Below the pieces are notes generated by a model, which ran no database searches, had not been told where the DNA came from, and saw only the letters and a program-made list of their open reading frames with translations. A stretch of DNA of 64,000 nucleotides from assembly GCA_010909165.1 (NCBI GenBank), contig MU008175.1, positions 62,001-126,000 of the forward strand. The letters run 5' to 3'. Positions 36,267 through 47,812 of this stretch are shown here, piece by piece. Position 1 is the first letter of the stretch; every line of letters begins with the position of its first letter. A program made the translations under genes and the position numbers. This DNA is from Anthoceros angustus (lineage: Eukaryota > Plantae > Anthocerotophyta).

Positions 36267-36744
36267 GAAAGGTGCTCAAACGACTCCTGCGGACCAAGAA
36301 ATCATCAGCATGCATACAGCGCAATCCATCTTTCGTCATCCATTTCCCATCCTGCCAATGTCTGTAGGTAGGTTGATGCTGTTCCCCCGTTCCCACGAGA
36401 CCTCTTCACTTTGCGCCTCACGCCATTCATCAGACCCGCTGCACAAATGATACCTATCTAACGCATCTCGATGTATGGCAGCCTGCATCTTCGACTTCCG
36501 CAGCGCGGCAACGTCCGCGCTCCTACGTTGGGGAGAGTGATGCGGAAAATGCGGGCTTTTGATAGGAGGCCACAAAATTTTTCCATAAAATGAAATTGAT
36601 TCTCAAGACTGCCTCAATTGTGAATCATGAGTCATTAATTAAGATGGTTGACAAATTATTTTTATTTACATGTTATATATAGTTATAAATAATATTTGTA
36701 GACCATGGCTACTCTCGCATCCAACACCAGAAGATGGCCCACGT

Positions 36745-37209
36745 CGTAAAGGAAAAAGCTTAGCTTAGGAGTCTTCAATCACATCTAAAAGTCTATTGTG
36801 CTCTGAAATAATAGACAATACTCCTTTGCCATATTTGGAGATGATGACTTATCACGTGTTTCTCAAAGACATTAAGCAATGCCAAACAGTCTGATTGGTA
36901 GTATCTCGAGAGTTATAACTTATTCTCGATCGTCATGTACTTATATTATATTGATAGAATACTAAGTCTATTCAATGCCTATTTCATACCTATTCCGTTC
37001 CTTTTTATTTTTTAAATATTTTTAGTAAAACAAAATCGAAAATCCCATTCAGGAGGTGAAACTAACATGAATGTATGTTTCAAAAGGTCCCAATTACCAT
37101 TTAGGGAAAAGTCGCATGTTTTACAATGTAAACTAAAGGGAGTAGGGTCGGAGGTTCCATTTAGAGAGGAATCCCATTTATAGAGTTCCCAATTAGGGGG
37201 GGCCGACTG
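36745..37209. mobile_element. Partial Tc1/mariner-type element, longer relative of the MITE at 63137-63664
   Basis: 36745-36813 and about 37010-37209 align with the MITE. Ends in CCCAATTAGGGGGGGCCGACTG followed by TA. Carries about 200 bp extra internal sequence; left TIR not seen. Confidence 0.75.
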
Positions 37210-38349
37210 TAGTATCAAAAAATTAGAGTGGATTCCAATGAATCCTTGACGTAATGTGATTTCTCCTTTACTAGATGATGAGCGTATCATGCATGAGAAG
37301 GATGGCATTGAGCAACACATTAATTGTGGGGCATTGTTTTTCGGAAGGCCGGACAAAATACAAAGTTTATTGCAAAAGATTCACATATCAATTGTAAGTT
37401 ATGCTACCACCAAGGCAGTAGCTGAGAAGGGAAAAGCTATAGAGCTACTCATGAGTGTTAAAGGCCCCCTAGGGGCTTGGGCCGTATGCAACAGTAATCA
37501 ATAATAATTAGAACAAATAGATATTTAATTAGAATATCATGAAATATACATAATTATATCTATAACATGATAAATCTGATAGATATTAGAAAAACGGATC
37601 GAGCCCGTGACCGGGCGTCTACACGATAGGCCCCGTCACGATGTCTAGCTAATGAATTCGCAACTCGTGTTAAGAGGTAGGTAGGCAACGCGAGCTATTT
37701 TAAGTTCTTTTATATAAATAGCTAGTTCTTTTATATAAATAGCAATACTTTAATGCAAATCATAAGCTTGCTTTCGTTAAGCAAATCTCAGTTCATTCCA
37801 CCATACCAAATAAAGCCTTCTTTCCCTTCTTGGCGAAATTCGCCGACTTCATCTCCATGGCGTAGTAGGCTTAGGCAAAAGTTGGCCCTAGGAGGAAAGT
37901 TGCAAGTGCTTTCACGCCCTCCTGTGTAGCTTTTGCCTCTACACGATTGCGTTCGAACTTCTCGAGTGTGAGGTAGCAATACATTATATACTTCACACTT
38001 TCACCATCTTCAGGGCAATTTGCTTTGAGGGATTTGACATGTCTGTTCAGGCCAGGCCATAAGCAGTTTGGGCAAAAAGGAAGAACTTCCTGCAAATGCT
38101 TTCAAAGACCTTTCACTATGAAAAAACAAATGGAGCAGTCGCAATTCGCAGTTTCTGACACGAGATGTCTCGTTATGGAAATAAAAAAACTGTTGAAACT
38201 GTTATGTTGCGGTGCTTTTCATAAAATATTGCGCCGTTTCTAACCCAAGCTACTATTTCATATCGAACAAAATGATCAGCATCTTTCACGGACCGGGTCC
38301 CAAGATGTCTAAGATTGACCTGGACATCAGTTTTTTTTTTTGAACCAAA

Positions 38350-41300
38350 ACTATGGGAAAACAGTGTAGTAAGTCCATGAAAGATGGAGAAAACACACAT
38401 GAGGTCTCACAGCCTAGGGCCTTGGACCCCTCACACCTGGAGCAATGTCAATCGCACAGGCCCCCCCCTCCCCCCTCCGGGGCTGCAACTTCCCTCGCAC
38501 GACCTAGAGGGAGAAGTGGACGGCGTGCCACACTCAAAGGGGGAAACGAGTGCTCTACATGTCTCGCTACAAGCGCTCTCACAATCCCCTCGGACCCGCA
38601 CCAGGGGAATTGGCATTGGAACCGCTAGTAGAGCCCGCAGGGGGACTCACATTTTCTCCCATCACTCTCTCCTACAGGCCAGAGTCGAATAACATCTAGA
38701 AGTTTCAAAAACAGGTCGCAAGCCTCCTCAAACGATCTACTGCTTTATGGAGATGCTTCCAAAACAATTCAGCAGACTTTACCACCATGGAACTCCTCGA
38801 GCTCAAAGTCTGCTCCCTTCTCAATGATCTTACAGTCTCATGCTTCGGAGCCGTCAAGCATTGGCCCCGCTCCTCGCTTCAAGGTAACCTCCCGGCTGGG
38901 CGCCGGCTCTGAACCCGCTCCCTTCAAACGAAATTCTTGATCCAAATCAATGAGAAATATTGGCAAGACAGTGGCAAGTTCCACAAATGGTTATCTAAAC
39001 CGCCCACCGAGGCGGCCCCAGAACCCGAGGCAGACATGAACATACTAGCCGAGTATTGGGTGGCACAGTGCCAAGGATGATAACAGACCGAAGAGGACCT
39101 CGGCCCCTTTCCCTTGGGTTTTGCCCCCCATGGCGTTGAAGCTGGGACAATGCTCTAGGACTTGTGAAGCCGCAAAGGCTCCTTAGAGCCTCTTTTCTCG
39201 CCAACTCTCAAAGGTATCTCCACATGCATTCGGCGAGGAGACGAGAAACGGGGACCGGGATCCGACCAACTCTCTTATGAAGTCCTTAAGCTATGCCCCC
39301 CAAACTTTGGCTCATTGGTTGTGTCTGGTCTTTTCGTACTAAATAACCTCCCATAGCATCTTCCCAACGTACAAGGTTGGGTTCGTCCGCCTGGCCCTCA
39401 AGCCACGGCGATCCCTCATTCGACCTCAGAGCTGGCGACCTATCACGCCTCCCGGGCACGGTCTTTCCCTGACTGATAAAGGCAGAGACCTCGACTGCTT
39501 CAACCTCTGATCCACTATGTAAGTCGGAGTCACACCCGGAGTAGCGGGGTGTCTAGATGGCAATATTACCCTAGCCTTGGTGCTAGAACACGCCCGAAGA
39601 GCACACAGGGCGATCTTCGTTCTCTTCACAGACCTTAAGAATACTTTCGGGACTGTGACATAGGCCTCATTTCCAAGATCATCCGCTTAATCCCTCTCCA
39701 CCCCTCGCTCAAGGCTATGTGGTCTGAAACTATTCGGGGCAGTAGGATGCGTCTCCTCAAGGGCCAAAGCTCCTCCGATGAGATCCTCAATTCCCGTGGT
39801 ATCCCCCAAGGAAACACCATAAGTCCACTCACATTCGTCGTCGCACGAGACACCCTTTTCAAATGGGTGGAACGGAACTGCCATGAATTCAAGATGCACG
39901 GCGTCGCGATCCATGGGGTGGACTACATGAATGATGAGGCTCGAATCTCCAGTACTTAGAGTGACATCCAAACAATGGCCCTTCGGGAGTCCGCCTTCTA
40001 CGGCTGGGTGGGAATAAAATTCGACATAGCCAAGTGTGGATGGTGGGGATTGAAGGCGGATGGATCCGAGTTCCAAGAAGACTTCTATCTACAAGGCCAA
40101 CATGTCCCGCAGCTTCCCCACACGGCCGCTTTCCAACACCAAGGCATCCGCACACGGCTCACAAGTGAGGGCAGTGGAAGCACACGTCTTCAGGATGCTG
40201 ACGGCCGTACTGTGGGAGCCAAGACTCCAGCACCGGACAAATTCACTAAACGGCTTGCAGTCATTAGGAATGACGCCCAACGCCTCAAGTTAGTTCATCC
40301 TAGTCCCGCCTCCGGATGATCCATGAATGGGGAAACCCAGTCATGTATTACCCCTTAGCGCACCTGAACATTCTGGATGAAACCCTCCACCAAGCCACAT
40401 CATACATGTTGGTTTCAGCCCGCCGAGTGCTAGGCTTGGGGGACAAAGAAGGAATCTGAGGCCAACTCTGCGCGCCCATAGAGTTGGGAGGCCTCGGCCT
40501 GCGGGACTTCATCAAAATACGACAAGATACGCTCGTTCGTAGCCTCTTCCGCTGGCTACAACAACCATGTTTCTGGGCCCTTTTTATAGGCCATGCCTGA
40601 ATCGTTGCCGAATTTGCCAAGTGCCGCCATGTACCCGAAGGCATTTTCTTTGACTGGGACCTCACCCTCCCTCTCCCGGACGCGGAGTTAGGCCAACCGA
40701 ACTCCTCTTTTGCCAAATGGTTTGCTACCACCGGCAAGGGCCGCATTATTATGACCGACATGGGGCCAAACCCATCCCCATTTCCCAATATAACAAAGCT
40801 CACAACGAATTTAAAAGGTCAACGCAATCTGAGAACCATTCGGGAGATGGAATGCTATGATGGCTGGAAGTAATGGCACTTCCCCAACCCCTCAAGCCCC
40901 GGGTAGTCAGAGCTGGATCACCCACTCTAATGTCCCCACAGTCGAGTTCTCCACCATGTGTCGGTTCCTTCACAACTGCACGCCCAGCAACTCGCGTCGA
41001 GCTATTACACACGGAGGGGACCCTTTCTGCCACAACTGCACCCTCCGCAAGAGGAAAACAGGTGCTCACATCCTCTGTGCATGCCCCAAGCCGCGCCTCA
41101 AGATCCTGCGGGTCCTCCGACATGACAAGATTATCATGGAAGTGGCCACATGGTTCACTTTCCATTTCAACGACCGACCCCTCCCCATGGGCCAAATCTA
41201 TATGGCACATAATGAGTTCGGTCTGTTCGGGGGTGCAGCCGAACTCCTTGCCTTCCCACACTTCCGGGAGGTCACCGGTCGGCTTTAGTTGGACTTAATA

Positions 41301-41600
41301 ATCTACTATGATAGAAAAGGGCCACGTTCGGAGGAGTCGGATCACTCTTCCCGCAACTGGATCATCATCACTGATGGTGCAATGTCCCAGGATTGCTTTA
41401 TTGCTAAGACCCAAGAAGAGAAAACCGCCAAATATGCCGACCTGGCGGCAACAATCTGACGAACCAACTCCTGTTCCACCATCAGATTCATCAAGGCACG
41501 ATCCCACACTCGCTCCACAAGTTTCCCGGTGCCCTTGTCCCAAGCGCAAAGGTCTCCTGGCTATATGACGAGATCAATAAAGCGGTGGTGAACTTCAACC
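38350..41600 (+). mobile_element. Decayed non-LTR retrotransposon of the RLE (restriction-like endonuclease; R2/NeSL/HERO-like) type
   Basis: In order: PGSDQLSYEVLK (39255), WRPIT (39433), GVTPGVAGCLDG...FTDLKNTFGTV (39528-39657), GIPQGNTISPLTF, YMND (39924, the YADD position), AKC, GGLGLRD, CCHC knuckle CHNC..TGAHILCAC (41028-41084), RHD (41118), L*LDLII (PD position, 41292), IIITD (41373), EKTAKYADL (41418-41444). Many stops and frameshifts; boundaries approximate. Confidence 0.88.
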
Positions 41601-42318
41601 TCAAATTGTGGAGCACCCGAGACCTGCTACAGGCGGGAGGCGACGCAGACGCCTACACCACCGCCGGGCCCTTCTTCATGCGGCAAAGACCCCTCTTCAC
41701 CCTGACCCCCGTATGACCCTGTGGAACACCAAAGTACTTGTACCCACAGCTGGCGACTTTTACGCCACTCAATAAAGCTTCCTGTTTCCAACATCACAGC
41801 TAAAAGATGCTTGTCGGAGTTTCTGGGCAAGCCATCCCCTCGGGTCGACGAAAGGGACACCCCGGAAGGTGGCGCTAGGCACCCCCTAGAAGCCTATTTC
41901 ACTCAGTGGGGAAGCATCCCAAGGACAACATAAACCAACAGCAGGTCGCCGGGGTCGCGGAGGATGGAGCTAAACCCCGGGGTGTCGGGGCATGCACAGG
42001 CCCGCCAGGTCCTAGGCGGTATCATTTCGCATTTCTGCTACTGCTAGCTTGGCACCGGACAGAGTCAATGATGGGATCATGGCCGATCGAGGGAGCCTGC
42101 TGCTTGTGACGGATGAATAAGTCCAAGGTGTGCAGCTAAATAGGGAGCCCTTATCCCGCCTTAGCACAAGTCGGGTCGCGGCATTTGGCTGTCTCGAAGG
42201 GTCTGGCCTTGCACTCCTCCCCGCGACGATGGAGAGGAACGCTAACTAGCGGGACACAAATAGAGCGATGATACAGCACGTTAAAATGCCAAAAGCCATC
42301 CACTATTGCATAACGCCA

Positions 42319-42337
42319 GGACTGTTCACTCACCAAT

Positions 42338-42379
<42 letters not shown>
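42319..42379 (+). rRNA. 61-bp fragment of nuclear LSU (25S/28S) rDNA, domain V region; not a gene
   Basis: GGACTGTTCACTCACCAATAGGGAACGTGAGCTGGGTTTAGACCGTCGTGAGACAGGTTAG matches the conserved eukaryotic LSU sequence as recalled, with 2 substitutions. The flanks do not continue as rRNA. Confidence 0.92.
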
Positions 42380-42620
42380 GTTGGGGGCTCGTTGCTCTAG
42401 GTGCTCTTTGACGGTCACCCTCAATCCAACTTTGAGCTGAGAGTCTTCACTCCCGACAATGATATGTCCTTGGTGCAAACTCCACTACTCCCTGGCTGCT
42501 GGTTTCGCATGGGGACGAGTTAACTAACGCCGCGCACGGTTTACCCGCCCGGAGGAGAGAGGTGCACTCTCCCAAGCCTAGCCTGCTCATATAATCCAGA
42601 TATGCAAAAGAAGAATATTT

Positions 42621-42760
42621 GTGGATTTTGTCGAGAGCCTCAAGTGGATTTTGTCGAGAGCCTCAAGTGGATTTTGTCGAGAGCCTCAAGTGGATTTTGT
42701 CGAGAGCCTCAAGTGGATTTTGTCGAGAGCCTCAAGTGGATTTTGTCGAGAGCCTCAAGT
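42621..42760 (+). repeat. Perfect 23-bp tandem repeat x6
   Basis: GTGGATTTTGTCGAGAGCCTCAA in six identical adjacent copies, no spacers. Confidence 0.97.
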
Positions 42761-45367
42761 TCCCCGACTCCTTCCACCAAGGGGCTCATATGGGCTAGGT
42801 GGAAATCAGCTCTAGAGTCCCAAGGCGTATACGCACATTGATTCCAAGGATTTTTTTCCCATCTATTAACCAAAATCTTTGAAAACTCGTCTAGTACAAA
42901 TATTTTCCGTGAGGAAACTTCCGTGACCACGCGGGCTACATAACCTTCGAGGTTTCTTCGTTTGGCACACCGGTCGCCAAAGGACCAGCCTGGGATGGAC
43001 GAAACAACAATAGCTGTTCCAAGAGCTGGCTGGCTGTGGACTGGGAGTGTGGAATAGGAAGAAGGCCGGAAGCGTCTAGACGCCAGATTTTGATTCCATC
43101 CGACACTAGAGAGAGCCTCCATTGGGCCAGGTAAGGGGGAGGGCACTGGCGGTGGGTGGCACCTCGGAAACAGCCGAGTGGCGGGCCCCGCGGGACATGG
43201 TCGTCGTGTGGGGTACAGTCAAAAAAGGAGAGGCCGCTGCGTATGGAGGGATGACCTGCCTGACCGGCCCTGACTGGACCTGACCGGCCCTGACCGGCCC
43301 CGGCCCCGGCCCCAATAATGGTACCAACTCCATCGCAGCTGAGCCGTGAGCCGATACGATTCGCATTGCCCATCCCACGCGCTTCGCATCCGATTTTACT
43401 GCCGCCAGCGAGCCACACCCGCACCCACAGCCACCCACGTGGTAAATCACCCGCGCCTCACGCTCCAGGATTCTTCGCTTCCAGCCCTGCTCCTTGTCGG
43501 TCCACTTATTATTGCTTTTCACACTGCGCCGCCTGCTATTCCCGACAACGAACCGCAGATGTTGTACATGCTCCCGCCGTAGATGCTTCTCCAACACGCA
43601 ATTATTTACCGCGTACACGCCCCGGCGCTGTAGGAAGACAGCCTACCGACTTACCAACCGGGGTTATGCTTGTCTTCTGCCAGCCCACGGCTCGGAGTGA
43701 ACGCAGGTAGGCCATGTGCACGCCGTCCCAAGAAGGGCCCCACCATCCTCGGCACCCTCTTGGAACTCCCCGTCCAGGAGCCAAGTTGCCGTTGGGGAGC
43801 ACAGACCGTCTTCACGCTCTACCTTTCATGCCCTCGTATGTACTGTCCATACTTTCCTCCAGCCAAAGTGCCTACATAGGTACAACTTATTTACCCTCGT
43901 CTAGCCACCGCTAATTGGAGCATTTAAATAATTACATAGAATAATTAATTATCGTGATATTAATTTTTTTGAAAGATTACAAAATGTAGAGTTATAATGA
44001 TATCAGACTGAAGGTACAATATGTGATTGAATATTTCTGGTAGTTTTGGAGAATATATATATGTTTTGCTGACAAGCATATGTGATAAGATCGCACTCTT
44101 ATTTCACGATAAAAAAAGATCTCTCTCTGATAAATTTAAAGTAATACTAGATAGTGATTATATAATTATTAAAAAAATTAAAATAAACATACTATATATG
44201 AAGGGTATGCCTTTTAAAGCCACTAAACTAAAGAGAAGAGTTTGTTGAGCGAGGAGAGATAGGCCATTGGTGGAGGTTTGCCTCTTATATTTGTGTCAAG
44301 TGTGTATCGTTATTCTAAAACTAACCTGAAAACAAATCGCATATTTTAACTATATAATAAAAATAAATCTCATCTAATATAAAATAACTCACCCTATGGA
44401 GTTACTCCAGATCGTATTCCTAGTGTGGGACTTTCGATGTATATTTTGACATATCTGTAAAGTAGTTGTAAATTTAGAGACATGTGAAACCCTGGCCAAG
44501 TTTGAGAAGACATATAAATCGGATTATTCACTTTAATAGAAAGGATGGAAAGGCTAGCCTATAACTTTGTGTGGAAACCTAATCCCTGCCAAGATAACCT
44601 AACAGTGAGCTAAGCTGGGATTGATTGATCGCGTGGTAACTTGTGAGAGTACTTTTAGCCTAGGTATACCCATAGCCTAATAATCGATCGTAATTGCGTG
44701 CTAGTACCAGGCCTTTGCTGTCTGGCTGTTTCGTACCCACCAGCGGGCTGAAAGATAAATAGGAATGTATGCCCTTTCTCTCTCACATGTTACGATCCCT
44801 ACAGGTTGTTGGAGCAGCACCCACTACCAAGAGCACACAGAAGCAGAGTCTGAGAGGCAGGCAGCTAAGCTACACGAGTTGTACGCTCCCCGAGCAAATT
44901 TGCCAAGGTCGGTGTTTCTACCTTACAGATCTGGAACGAGGGTTTGGTGGCCGCCGCCAGCGGGGTTCACTCACATGCTGTGCTGCCTGCTGCCAGATCC
45001 GAGCTCTGCTTTGCCTTTGAAGGACGGCTCCACATTTCCACACAGTGGTGTGGGCTAAGGCTGGAGGCTGCGGCGAAAGCACGCAAGCGGCAGGGCGGTG
45101 TGTGCATTCCACCCATGAGTTTGGGTGTTTCAAGTTGCTGGTGGCAAGAAGAAAGTTGGGTGGGCAGGAGGAAGGCTCTGTGGAGACGAGCGACGGAGTG
45201 GGATAGACTGCTGAGACCCGGGGCAGAGCGGTAGGTAGGGGCGGGGTAGCGGCGCAGGTGGCCTCGCAGGCACAGGCCTGGCAGAGCAGAGCAGAGCAGA
45301 GCGGCCGAAGGAAGTGGCAGCGAAACCTTCTTTTTGTGACTAGGGTAGTGGTACATTCTTGCGAGCC

Positions 45368-47812
45368 ATGGAAACCGCTGTGCTTTCAGCCAGGGACCAT
45401 CTTGCGGAGTACCGGCATCATGCCAGGACCGTTCCTGGCCTAGCCTCTCCAGTGGGGGCTAATCCAAGATCGAGGAGGAAGTCCGGGAAGACAACCCCTC
45501 AAGTGGCAATTGCGTCCATGATGTCGGATGCGGCGTGGTATCTCAGTGGAGATATATCTGTTGGTGTTGTACGGGGTTTGGCCGCTTCCGGCAGCGGCTC
45601 TCCAGCCCGACTTGTTCACTCTGCTTCTTCTTCTTCTTCTCCTCCTCCTTCTTCCTTGTCTTCTGCCAAGTCGTCGTCAAATGGCTTGCATGTTACCCTC
45701 TTTGGGTCCTCACAATCGGCGCTGCAAGGAAGCCAGTTTAACGGAGCAGGAAGTGTGCGTTCCGGAGTTTTGCCCAAGCCCGCCGCCGTGCTGGAGCGGG
45801 TGCACGGCAAGAAGGTGACGGAGAGGAGAGGCTCCGAGGCCGCCGTTTTGGACAGGACCTCGGACAAGAAGCCCCAGGAGAGGGGCAGAGCCTCGCTTGA
45901 GAAGCGGCCAGCTAAAGGCAGTTCCGACAGCAGCGCCTCCGAGCGGAGGTCTGACGTTCTTGACAGGCGGCCAGACAGGAAGATATCTGAGAGAGAAAGA
46001 TGCTCTCCCAATGCCGACATCTACAAGGGTAGACAGGACTCGGAGAGATCGACGTCCTCTTCCAAGCAGAGAAGCGCGGCATCGGCTGCTCCCGTCATCA
46101 CCATCCTCAGGAGACCCCAAACCAAGGAGGCTGCGGCTGAGAATCTTGCTATCATCACCGGGGTGCCGCTGTCTGAGATATACAAGAATGGGGTTCCTGC
46201 ACCCCCTCCCGCGGCTTTGGCTGAAGCTTCCGTGGCCAAGGATGTTCCCTCATCCAAGGGCCTGTTAACAGCAGATGAGACAGGGAGCAGTGTTGAATTT
46301 GCTGCTGAGCAAGGCGATGGGCAGTCCTCTGCGCATCGAGGGCCGACTGTGGCATTAGATGCGTCTATGGCGAAGAAAGTGAGCTTGTTGCAGCGGAGAA
46401 GCAAGGGTGAGGCCGTGGCCAAGGATGTTCCCTCATCCAAGGGCCTGATAGCAGGAGATGAGACAGGCAGCAGTGTTGAAGATGCTGCTGAGCAAGGCGA
46501 TGGGCAGTCCTCCACGCATCGAGGGCCGACTGTGGCATTAGATGCGTCTACGGCGAAGAAAGTGAGCTTGTTGCAGCGGAAAAGCAAGGGTGAGGCCGTG
46601 GCCAAGGATGTTCCCTCAGCCAAGAGCCTACTTCTAACAGGAGGTGAGACGAGGAGCAGCGTTGCAGATGCTGTTGAGGAAGGTGATCGGCAGTCCTCCA
46701 CGCATCAAGGGCCGACTGTGGCATCAGATGCGTCTACTGCGAAGAAAGTGAGCTTGTTGCATCCTGAAAGTCAGGTGGAGGCTGTGTCCAAGGATGTCTC
46801 CTCATCCAAGGGCCTTGTAACAGCGGATGAGACAAGGAGCAGCGTTGCAGATGCTGCTGAGGAAGGTGATGGGCAGTCCTCCACGCATGAAGGGCCGACT
46901 GGGCCATTAGATGCGTCTACTTCGAAGAAAGGGAGTTTAATGTATCGAAAAAGTAAGGGTGAGGCCCTGCTGAAGGGAGTCGCACCCTTTTCCAAGGATA
47001 GTGAAGTTGTTCAAGTGGAGGACGCATCTGGCGACAAGTTTGATGGTCAACGGAGTTTCCGGGCATCTCCCAGTTGCGAGAGGAGGTCTGACAATGCTCA
47101 TCAAAGACCTGTGCGCGTCAAATCTGGCGAGGGCAAACAGGGGTGTGGGGACTCTGATCGGCAAGGAAGGACAGGAGATTCGCCGGTAAAAGAATCGGCA
47201 CGAACTATTACCAAGGTCAGAGAGAAGAGTGGGAGTCCTCGAGGGAGGTCGGCTGTTGGGCACCCTGCAGTGGTGTCTCCAGGGAGTATCAGCTCGGTGA
47301 CGGGCCACCCCTTGAAAAGCAGTAGTGGCAACTTTGGTTTTCTCGACTCATTATCGGATATCTTATTCCTCGGCCCAAGATCACCAGCCAATGAGAGATG
47401 GGCAGGGCCGGCTTATTCCAACTCCCCCCCTCCTAGCTCTCTTCCCATGCCTAAGTTTTCCCTTCCCAAACTCAGGGATTCGGCAGTCGGTGATTTGGAT
47501 GTGCTTTCAAGTGAATCTGACTCTTCTTCTGAGTCCAGCGACGAACTGTCTGAAGAAGCTTCTGCTGGTGAAGGATGGATGCATGAATCCTCGTCTGTTC
47601 GAGGGTCTTCATCAGCACCGCCTTCGCCTTCTCGAACAGTGGCAGGTTCTAGTGAAGTTTTGCAGGTTGGGCCGGATGTGTCCTCTGTTGCCAGGGATTT
47701 GAGGCGGCTTTTGAATATGGATGTCTCTGGAAGTAGAGTGGTGGACGGACTGGAGAAGTTTAAAGAGACTCTTGCTACTGAGAGGCTCAAGAGGATTCTC
47801 CAGCTCGGGTAG
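45368..47812 (+). CDS. Large intrinsically disordered Ser-rich protein with a C-terminal PNRC-type motif and four 61-62 aa repeats, intronless
   Basis: Open 814-codon frame. WAGPAYSNSPPPSSLPMPKFSL matches the plant PNRC-like motif; ARDLRRLL and ATERLKRIL are typical terminal helices of that family; VITILRRP motif upstream. Confidence 0.75.
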   Translation: METAVLSARDHLAEYRHHARTVPGLASPVGANPRSRRKSGKTTPQVAIASMMSDAAWYLSGDISVGVVRGLAASGSGSPARLVHSASSSSSPPPSSLSSAKSSSNGLHVTLFGSSQSALQGSQFNGAGSVRSGVLPKPAAVLERVHGKKVTERRGSEAAVLDRTSDKKPQERGRASLEKRPAKGSSDSSASERRSDVLDRRPDRKISERERCSPNADIYKGRQDSERSTSSSKQRSAASAAPVITILRRPQTKEAAAENLAIITGVPLSEIYKNGVPAPPPAALAEASVAKDVPSSKGLLTADETGSSVEFAAEQGDGQSSAHRGPTVALDASMAKKVSLLQRRSKGEAVAKDVPSSKGLIAGDETGSSVEDAAEQGDGQSSTHRGPTVALDASTAKKVSLLQRKSKGEAVAKDVPSAKSLLLTGGETRSSVADAVEEGDRQSSTHQGPTVASDASTAKKVSLLHPESQVEAVSKDVSSSKGLVTADETRSSVADAAEEGDGQSSTHEGPTGPLDASTSKKGSLMYRKSKGEALLKGVAPFSKDSEVVQVEDASGDKFDGQRSFRASPSCERRSDNAHQRPVRVKSGEGKQGCGDSDRQGRTGDSPVKESARTITKVREKSGSPRGRSAVGHPAVVSPGSISSVTGHPLKSSSGNFGFLDSLSDILFLGPRSPANERWAGPAYSNSPPPSSLPMPKFSLPKLRDSAVGDLDVLSSESDSSSESSDELSEEASAGEGWMHESSSVRGSSSAPPSPSRTVAGSSEVLQVGPDVSSVARDLRRLLNMDVSGSRVVDGLEKFKETLATERLKRILQLG
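46232..46970 (+). repeat. In-frame tandem repeat, 183-186 bp x4
   Basis: Units start at 46232, 46415, 46598 and 46784 (VAKDVPSSKGL..DETGSSV.DAAE.GDGQSS.H.GPTVALDAS.AKKVSLLQRKSKGEA). Confidence 0.92.

Noticed and set aside
35407-36450. Long plus-strand ORFs (347 and 316 aa)
   Set aside because: Antisense shadows of the GC-rich glycosyltransferase.
37603-37616. Helitron 3' hairpin (GCCCG-TGAC-CGGGC)
   Set aside because: Only a 5-bp stem, no CTRR terminus at the expected distance, and no matching 5' TC end identified.
41820-41900. Self-cleaving ribozyme near the RLE element 3' region
   Set aside because: CGAAA is present but no hammerhead CUGANGA core or HDV fold could be built by eye; needs a covariance-model search.
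42621-42760. CRISPR-like array of 23-bp repeats
   Set aside because: Copies are directly adjacent with no spacers, no cas genes are present, and the context is eukaryotic; it is a minisatellite.
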